This document shows positions 21,994 to 29,121 of a stretch of DNA of 29,121 nt, one piece after another (positions within the stretch are counted from its first letter, which is position 1; every line of letters begins with the position of its first letter). A program made the translations under genes and the position numbers. Below the pieces are notes generated by a model. It worked only from the letters and a program-made list of their open reading frames with translations, ran no database searches and was not told where the DNA came from. Source of the stretch: Chthonomonadales bacterium (GTDB taxonomy: Bacteria > Armatimonadota > Chthonomonadetes > Chthonomonadales > Chthonomonadaceae); assembly GCA_038217285.1 (NCBI GenBank), contig JBBQPO010000042.1, positions 1 to 29,121 of the forward strand. The letters run 5' to 3'.

Positions 21994-22221
21994 GTATCGC
22001 GTTGACGAAGTAAAAACGTCTATGGTTTCGGTTTACCGCGCCGTCTAACGTGCCATCTTACAGTAAATGACCATGCAGAGTAAATGAGAGTACGGGAACG
22101 AACATAATCGAACAGAGGATTTCCGCTTTCGTTGGCTGAATGTATGTGCAGAACTGTATGCCGCTTTGCTCTCAATGGCACGAAGCGACTACAATCCGCT
22201 GTTTCAGAAACGAGCCCGACG

Positions 22222-25200
22222 ATGCCGCGAATCTTTGACAACATTGATCTGCCCCTTCTTCCCGAATTGGATAGCACTCTGAGTCTTTCCGACAGAGCCG
22301 ATTTCTGCGTCGGTTATTTTAATCTACGGGGTTGGAAGCGCTTGGATCGCCACGTCGAGAAATGGGAAGGGGAGGACGGCCATTGCTGCCGTCTTCTCGT
22401 GGGGATGCAACGGGCTCCTCACGACGAATTGCGTGCCGCCCTGTTTTCGACCGAAGACGATGGCATGGACAATGCGACGGCAATACGCAAGAAACGCGAA
22501 CTGGCCCAGGCGTTCCGAGATCAGTTGATGGTGGGCATTCCGACGAATGAGGACGAAGCCGGATTACGCAGATTAGCCGCACAGATCAGAGCCAAAAAAG
22601 TAGTCACCAAACTTTTTCTGAGGCATCCCTTACACGCTAAACTCTACCTGATGTTCCGGCCCGATCCCGTTAGCCCAGTTGTGGGATATATGGGTAGCAG
22701 CAATCTTACCTTGTCGGGCCTCTCTTATCAGGGCGAATTGAACGTGGACGTGCTGGATCACGACGCCACCAACAAGCTAGCGATGTGGTTCGAGGCACGC
22801 TGGAACGACAAATGGTGTATTGACATTTCCGCCGAACTGGTACAGATTATCGAGGAGAGTTGGGCGCGGGAGATCCCTATTCCTCCGTACCACATCTATA
22901 TTAAGATGGCGTATCATCTGTCTCAGGAAGCACGATCGGGATTGGCTGAGTACAATATTCCGAAAGTATTCGGCAACACACTCTTTGATTATCAGGCCGC
23001 CGCCGTCAAAATTGCGGCCCGGCATCTCAACAAACGTGGCGGCGTATTGATCGGTGATGTCGTCGGCCTGGGCAAAACGCTCATGGCGACAGCGCTTGCC
23101 CGCATGATGGAAGAGCAGCAAATGGAGACGCTGATCCTCTGTCCTAAGAATCTGGTTCGTATGTGGGAAGACTATCGCATCAAATATGGACTGCGCGCAA
23201 CGGTCATGTCCATCACAAGAGCAACGAAGCGGTTGCCTGCCGACAGCCCCGACCCCCTACCCCGCTTCCGCCTTGTCCTCATTGATGAAAGCCATAATCT
23301 GCGCAACCGGGAAGGGAAGACATATCGCGCCATTCGGGAATACATCGAGCGCAATGAGAGCAAGGTGATCCTGTTGACGGCGACACCTTACAACAAAACC
23401 TATCTTGATCTCTCCAACCAATTACGCCTTTTTGTGCCCGAAGACCGTGACCTGGGCATCCGTCCGGAAGCCCTGTTGCGGCAGGTGGGCGAGGTCGAAT
23501 TTGTGCGTCGGCACCAGGCGGGAGTCAAGACATTAGCCGCGTTTGAGAAATCGGATTATCCGGACGACTGGCGCGAACTCATGCGCCTCTATATGGTGCG
23601 ACGGACGCGCTCCTTTATCATGGACAACTACGCCAAAACGGATGTGAAGACCGGGCGTAAGTATCTGGAGTTTCCAAACGGGGATCACTCTTATTTCCCG
23701 ACGCGCGCTCCGAAGACGGTCAAGTTCAATATCAACGCCCAGTATGAAGGCTTGTATGCGCAGGAGGTGGTGGATACAATCAACAGTCTCTGTCTGCCTC
23801 GCTACGGTTTAGGCAATTACGAAGCCAACCAACCGAATCACCCTCCCACGCCCTCTGAAGTGAACGCGCTCAAAGACCTGTCCAGGGCAGGCAAGCGTCT
23901 GATGGGTTTCTGCCGCACCAACCTGTTCAAACGTCTTGAGTCGAGCGGATATGCCTTTCTCCTGTCCGTCGAACGGCATATCCTACGAAACTACATCTTT
24001 CTGCACGCGATTGAAAATGATCTGCCTCTTCCTATCGGAACACAGGGCGCAGAACTTCTCGATACGAACGTGGGAGATGAGGACGCGGAAGAAGCGGTTG
24101 GAGGCGAAGGAATTTTTAGCGAGGAGGACGATGCCGTAAACGATGAGATGCCTGCAAAGCCTCAGGCATTGCGCACGGACGCAGAGTTCCGCGCCCGAGC
24201 CGCCGATATTTATGCACAGTACGCCAGACAATATAAGAGACGGTTTCGCTGGCTCACGCCACGTCTGTTTCAGAAGCAACTTGCAGACGACCTAAGAAAT
24301 GATGCTGCTGCGCTCCTGAAGGTTCTGGCCAAATGCGCGCAATGGGATGCCAATACGGATGCCAAAATGCTGGCGCTACGCCAACTCCTGGCCAAAGATC
24401 GCCCCAACGACAAAGTGTTGATTTTTACGCAGTTCGCGGATACTGCCCGCTATCTCTACAGTGAACTGGAAAATCGGGGAATCAACCGCATTGCCGTTGC
24501 GACGGGAGGCAACGCCGATCCGACCGCATTAGCCTTTCGGTTCAGTCCGGTGAGTAATGGCAAGCGAGATGCTGTGAAGGCGGAGGATGAACTGCGTGTA
24601 CTGGTTGCTACCGATGTGCTATCGGAGGGGCAAAACCTTCAGGACGGTTTCGTGGTCGTCAACTACGATCTGCCTTGGGCCATTATCCGCCTGATTCAGC
24701 GTGCGGGGCGCGTAGATCGTATCGGGCAGAAAGCGGAAGAGATCCTTTGCTACTCTTTTCTCCCTGCGCAGGGCGTGGAAAAAGTCATCAGACTGCGGCA
24801 GCGCGTCCGGCAGAGGCTGGCCCAGAACGCTGAAGTCATCGGCACGGATGAAGCCTTTTTCGAGGGTGATAAGACCAATACCAGGATACATGATCTGTAC
24901 AGCGAAAAGGTCGGAACGCTTGATGGTGACGACGATGGAGAAGTAGACCTCGCCTCAACAGCTTTTCAAATATGGAAGAATGCGACAGACGCCGATCCCA
25001 CTCTGCATAAAGCGATTACAGCGATGCCGGATGTGGTCTTCTCTACCAAACCACACACTCCGACGAAAGCTCGCCCCGAAGGCGCCCTGGTATTTTTGCG
25101 AACGGGAGAGGGAACAGACGCTCTGGCCTGGATCAACCGCAGCGGCGAGAGCGTGACAGAGTCGCAATATACCATTCTGAGAGCCGCGGAGTGTATGCCC

Positions 25201-25608
25201 AATACACCTGCTATCCCGCGCCTGAAGACGCACCATGAACTTGTGGCGAAGGGCGTCACACATATCGTTCGTGAAGAACGTAGCGTCGGCGGACAGTTGG
25301 GACGTCCGTCCGGGGCGCGCTTCAAAACGTACGAAAAGTTGAAGCGTTATGCCACGCATGTGAAAGGAACCGTTTTCGATTGGCCGGAACTGCATCGCAC
25401 CATCGAAGACATCTATCGCTATCCACTCACGCAAGCTGCTACAATGCAACTGAACGGTCATCTGCGCGCGGAAATCTCCGATGAGTCCCTGGCCAATATG
25501 GTAATCCTGTTGCGTGAGGAAAACCGCCTGTCGGTCGTTTCCGATGAGGAACAGGAAACGCAGGAGCCGCACATCCTCTGTTCTTTGGGTCTCTCAGGAG
25601 ACGGTTAG
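22222..25608 (+). CDS. PLD-nuclease-SNF2/SF2 helicase fusion (restriction-associated helicase)
   Basis: Start MPRIFDN. PLD motif LHAKLYL...GSSNLT...ELN. Helicase motifs GDVVGLGKT, LIDESHN, LTATPYN, VLIFTQFADT, TDVLSEGQNLQ and QRAGRVDRIG. 1128 aa. Confidence 0.92.
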   Translation: MPRIFDNIDLPLLPELDSTLSLSDRADFCVGYFNLRGWKRLDRHVEKWEGEDGHCCRLLVGMQRAPHDELRAALFSTEDDGMDNATAIRKKRELAQAFRDQLMVGIPTNEDEAGLRRLAAQIRAKKVVTKLFLRHPLHAKLYLMFRPDPVSPVVGYMGSSNLTLSGLSYQGELNVDVLDHDATNKLAMWFEARWNDKWCIDISAELVQIIEESWAREIPIPPYHIYIKMAYHLSQEARSGLAEYNIPKVFGNTLFDYQAAAVKIAARHLNKRGGVLIGDVVGLGKTLMATALARMMEEQQMETLILCPKNLVRMWEDYRIKYGLRATVMSITRATKRLPADSPDPLPRFRLVLIDESHNLRNREGKTYRAIREYIERNESKVILLTATPYNKTYLDLSNQLRLFVPEDRDLGIRPEALLRQVGEVEFVRRHQAGVKTLAAFEKSDYPDDWRELMRLYMVRRTRSFIMDNYAKTDVKTGRKYLEFPNGDHSYFPTRAPKTVKFNINAQYEGLYAQEVVDTINSLCLPRYGLGNYEANQPNHPPTPSEVNALKDLSRAGKRLMGFCRTNLFKRLESSGYAFLLSVERHILRNYIFLHAIENDLPLPIGTQGAELLDTNVGDEDAEEAVGGEGIFSEEDDAVNDEMPAKPQALRTDAEFRARAADIYAQYARQYKRRFRWLTPRLFQKQLADDLRNDAAALLKVLAKCAQWDANTDAKMLALRQLLAKDRPNDKVLIFTQFADTARYLYSELENRGINRIAVATGGNADPTALAFRFSPVSNGKRDAVKAEDELRVLVATDVLSEGQNLQDGFVVVNYDLPWAIIRLIQRAGRVDRIGQKAEEILCYSFLPAQGVEKVIRLRQRVRQRLAQNAEVIGTDEAFFEGDKTNTRIHDLYSEKVGTLDGDDDGEVDLASTAFQIWKNATDADPTLHKAITAMPDVVFSTKPHTPTKARPEGALVFLRTGEGTDALAWINRSGESVTESQYTILRAAECMPNTPAIPRLKTHHELVAKGVTHIVREERSVGGQLGRPSGARFKTYEKLKRYATHVKGTVFDWPELHRTIEDIYRYPLTQAATMQLNGHLRAEISDESLANMVILLREENRLSVVSDEEQETQEPHILCSLGLSGDG

Positions 25609-25609
25609 C

Positions 25610-27136
25610 GTGACGGTAGAAACCGCGAGCATCCGAAGCAAGCTTCAAGCCTTTGAACTCAGGCGTCTTTTTTTGGAAGAACTGGGCTGGGATAGGAGCG
25701 CTTTACATTTCGATGTGACCCTGATTGAACCAGGGCAGCGTGGGCTGGGGCCGAAGACCAGTGTGCCGTTTGTACCGCCCGCGCAGCTCGAAACGCGCAC
25801 GTTTGCGCTGCAAGCGGTCGCAGCGAAGCGCGGTTTTACCGTTCTACATTGCCGACCGCAAGCCGATGGTTCCATTCCCAATCCGTCAACGCGTTTCTGG
25901 CTCCAACACAGGGTGGCGAAGAGCGTTCGGGAAAACATTATCGTCTACACCGACGCACGACGCACGACGCAAATCTGGCAATGGGCGCGGCGAGGGCATG
26001 AGGGGCCGACCACCATTTGTGAGCATGCGTTCACTGTCATCGGCAACAATGATGAGATCGTGGATCGCCTCGCGCTGCTCACGGTGAGCATAGCCGAGGA
26101 GGAGGCCGAGGGAATTACGCTGGCCGTAATCGCCGACCGGGTTTCCAACGCTTTCTACGAGCCACGCAAGCATGTCAAACGTGGCCCGTACCGAAGCGGG
26201 CAATTAAGTGACTATGATGTCAAGCAACTCGACGATGGCCTGCGTTGGTGGTTCCGTTATGTGCAGTCTCTTCCACGGTTGGGGCGTCGCGAAGAGCGAC
26301 GCCTTGCCCGAGAGGCGTGTCTGGGCGATAAAGTCGCCAAGAACAGGTTGATCGAAGCCAACCTTTATCTGGTAGCGGGCGCCGCGTGGAAGGCGAAGCC
26401 GTCGGGCGCGGCAGGACTGACCCTGTTACCGGACCTGATCCAGGAGGGGAATTTAGGTCTGATCAGGGCCATAGAGAAGTTCGAACCTGGTCAGGGCGTC
26501 CGTCTTCAGAGCTATGCATCGATATGGATCCGGCGTTCGATTGGCCGAAGCCTCCTTGATGTGGATGCGCTGGTGCATCTTCCGACTTACATTCATGACG
26601 TACTCGCAGGCATAACTCCGCACTATGAACTGGAGGCGGACAGGTTACGCCATCGACTGGAACGCGAACCCACCCATGATGAGGTTTTAGAACGCTTCGA
26701 TCTATCTCCACAACAACGGGCGACCATTCGCCTATTGCCACTCGAAATTGTCCCGCTTGCCTCGCCACTGGAGACCGGCGAATGGGCTTATCTGACAGAG
26801 CGCATGCAAGCAGGCCATGAGTTTTCAGTAGAACGGATTGTTTTCGAGGCGGCCCGCCGCCGCTTAGTCAGCACGATGCTCAATACTCTGACATCACGTG
26901 AGGTGGAGGTTATCCGTCGTCGGTACGGCCTTATAGACGATTACACGGCCACCCTGGAAGAGGTTGGGACATACCTACATGTCACGCGTGAACGCGTTCG
27001 ACAGATTGAACTTCGAGCTCTGAAAAAGTTGGCTGCTTGCATGCCATTGATCGGTACGCGCACGCCACCCCCTGCATTGCCGGGAAAATCTTCGGAAACC
27101 AAAGTCATTCTGCCAAACGTCCTTGTGCATCCTTAA
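25610..27136 (+). CDS. Chimeric protein: methyltransferase-type N-terminal domain fused to an RpoD-like sigma70 domain
   Basis: GTG start 1 nt after the helicase stop, with AGGAG at 25596-25600. Residues 1-182 align with the N-terminus of the downstream MTase. Sigma motifs follow: LIEANLYLV, DLIQEGNLGLIRAIEKF, LEREPT and TLEEVG...VTRERVRQIELRALKKL. Confidence 0.88.
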   Translation: MTVETASIRSKLQAFELRRLFLEELGWDRSALHFDVTLIEPGQRGLGPKTSVPFVPPAQLETRTFALQAVAAKRGFTVLHCRPQADGSIPNPSTRFWLQHRVAKSVRENIIVYTDARRTTQIWQWARRGHEGPTTICEHAFTVIGNNDEIVDRLALLTVSIAEEEAEGITLAVIADRVSNAFYEPRKHVKRGPYRSGQLSDYDVKQLDDGLRWWFRYVQSLPRLGRREERRLAREACLGDKVAKNRLIEANLYLVAGAAWKAKPSGAAGLTLLPDLIQEGNLGLIRAIEKFEPGQGVRLQSYASIWIRRSIGRSLLDVDALVHLPTYIHDVLAGITPHYELEADRLRHRLEREPTHDEVLERFDLSPQQRATIRLLPLEIVPLASPLETGEWAYLTERMQAGHEFSVERIVFEAARRRLVSTMLNTLTSREVEVIRRRYGLIDDYTATLEEVGTYLHVTRERVRQIELRALKKLAACMPLIGTRTPPPALPGKSSETKVILPNVLVHP

Positions 27137-27156
27137 CGATTGGATTTTTTACAACC

Positions 27157-29037
27157 ATGAGTTTCGACATCGCCGCCGTGCGCAACCATCTGCGAACCTT
27201 TGATATCAAAGGGCTGTTCACGCAAGAACTGGGATGGGACAATCATTCCCAGCATCTGACTGTTCCCATAGATGGCCATGCTTATCAACTCGAAGGTATC
27301 GCGCAGAAGCGCAATATTGTCGCGTTTGTGTGCGCGCCGGACACAGACGGTCGTATTCCACCTTACCGCCTTCGTCGGAAGATCGAGGCGCATGTCACCA
27401 AGTCTGCGTACGAACATATCGTGATTTACATCGACCGGCAGCAGGAGCAAGTGTGGCAATGGATGCGCCGCGAAAAGGGTAAGCCGACTGTCCCTCGCGA
27501 AGTGCCCTACTATGCAAATACCTCCGGCGATCTGCTGATCCAAAAACTGCGCGGTATCAAGGTGGAGTTAGACGAAGAAGACGCGCTGACGCTGACGGGG
27601 CAGACAGAGAAGAACCGCCGCGCGTTCAACGTCGAAACAGTTACCCAAAATTTCTATAACGGCTTCAAGGTCGAGCATGGCCAATTTGTCGCCGCCATCG
27701 AAGCGAATACTCTTCCCGACGCCGATCAAGAATGGTACGCATCGGTCATGCTCAATCGCCTGATGTTCCTCTATTTTATCCAGAGGAAAGAGTTTCTGGA
27801 TGGCGACGAATGGTACCTTCAGAATCGACTTCGCAAAGTACGCGCAGAACACGGACAGGATAAGTTTTTCACCTTCTATCGGCATTTCCTTATGCGCCTG
27901 TTCCACGAGGGGTTGGGGCAGCCGACGCATGACCCGGGACTCCAACTACTGATCGGAAAAGTTCCTTATCTGAATGGTGGGCTATTCTCAGAACATGCTA
28001 TCGAACGCAAATGCCGCGAACAGGGGATCGAAATTTACATCCCGGACACGGTATTCGAGAGTGTCTTCAAATTTTTTGAGGGCTTCGACTGGCATCTCGA
28101 TAACCGCAAACATAAACAGGGAGACGAGATCAATCCGGACGTGCTGGGCTACATCTTCGAAAAGTACATCAACTTCAACGAGGCAGGCCAAAAAGAAAAT
28201 GGCGCCTATTACACGAAAGAGGACATTACTGAATACATCAGCCGCAGTACGACTTTGCCGCATCTCCTAGACAAGGCGATGGTCGAACACGGGCGGGCTT
28301 TTAAAGGGCGAAACTCGATATGGTCTCTGCTGCGCAACGACCCGGAGAGATATATCTTTCCGGCGATGAAGCATGGACGGGATCATCCTCTACCGCCCAA
28401 TATCGATGCCGGAATTGAGGATGTGACCCAACGTGTCGATTGGAACAAGCCTGCGCCTGCCAGCCATGCCTTGCCCACGGAGATATGGCGCGAAGTGGTA
28501 GCCCGCCGCCAGCGGTGCGAAGAGATCTGCGTCAAACTGGAGAAGGGCGAGGTCGCCTCTGCCAACGATCTGATAACCTACAATCTGGACATACAACAGT
28601 TCGTGACCGACTGTATCACGGACTACGACGATCCTCAACTGCTGCGAGCGTTATGGCAGGCCATCATTGACGTGCGTATTCTCGATCCCACCGTGGGGAG
28701 CGGTGCATTCCTGTTCGCGGCGCTGAACATTCTGGAGCCGCTCTACGAGCGTTGCCTGGAACGCATGGAGGCGTATGTCGGCGATAAAGTGCGTGAGGGA
28801 GGCATGACATGGGCGGGTGAATTCGCATTCGTCAATGAGGTTTCGGCGCAGCAAGCCTTCGTAGAGGAAGAGGAACGCGAAGCCGACTATGCCCGTGAAT
28901 TCCAGGCGGAACTCAAGCGTGTCAACTCACCGGAGCATCCGAATCGGCCCTATTTTATCTTTAAATCTATCATCGTCACAACCGGTAGAACCGCATCAAA
29001 CGGTGAAAATGTGAAAAGTGGGGCATGTCCTTCGTAA
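27157..29037 (+). pseudogene. Type IIG/Eco57I-like N6-adenine DNA methyltransferase, interrupted before motif IV
   Basis: LNRLMFLYFIQRK, VPYLNGGLF, NPDVLGYIFEK, GAYYTKE and motif I ILDPTVGSGAFL. Similarity ends at YFIFKSIIV (about 28977). The expected LYGVDI and NPPY motifs are absent, and the last ~18 codons run into IS-like sequence. Confidence 0.85.
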
Positions 29038-29121
29038 GTTTGATTACCACATCCAACTTAGGAGGTTTCCATGCACCCACAACCTACATTTTGCCCTAAT
29101 CTCGACTGTCCGTCAAGAGGC
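28984..29121 (+). mobile_element. Left end of a probable IS1-family element with transposase start
   Basis: Starts GGTAGAACCG exactly where MTase similarity stops. AGGAGG RBS and an ATG at 29071 give MHPQPTFCPNLDCPSRG, a CPNxxC zinc-finger start like IS1-family transposases. Only 17 codons are visible. Confidence 0.65.

Noticed and set aside
25610-27136. Calling the sigma chimera the housekeeping rpoD
   Set aside because: It has no region 1.1, a foreign N-terminal domain and a degenerate region 2.3-2.4, and it lies in an accessory island.
22222-29037. Calling the locus canonical DISARM or BREX
   Set aside because: No drmA/drmB (DUF1998) or pglZ/brxC genes are in the window, and the PLD domain is fused to the helicase. 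Genes beyond the window cannot be excluded.

Overview
High-GC bacterial window. The gene families present (prepilin/H-X9-DG protein, DUF6785-like membrane protein, PmoA-like protein, stand-alone lamin-tail protein) suggest Armatimonadota, which is an inference. Bases 1-17.8 kb hold mostly housekeeping and metabolic genes: FGGY gluconokinase, DinB, YktB/DUF1054, btuF-cobU, a Sir2 deacylase, an HTTM protein, an nrdR-HAD-nrdJ operon with a clear sigma70 promoter and tandem NrdR boxes, and an SDR. Two visibly lower-GC accessory patches follow. The first (about 17.8-19.5 kb) is a decayed ABC/AAA-ATPase plus partner gene pair. The second (from about 21.7 kb to the end) is a tnpB remnant followed by a tightly coupled three-gene operon: a PLD-SNF2 helicase, a chimeric protein and a Type IIG/Eco57I-like adenine methyltransferase. 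The chimera is the main finding. Its first ~180 aa are a clear paralogue of the N-terminal domain of the neighbouring methyltransferase, fused to an RpoD-like sigma70 domain. That sigma domain keeps the core-binding and -35 motifs but has lost several -10 melting residues. This suggests a restriction-like defence module coupled to a sigma-factor effector or targeting subunit. The methyltransferase ORF is cut before motif IV by what looks like an IS1-family element at the window edge. All family calls come from motif recognition by eye; no searches were run.
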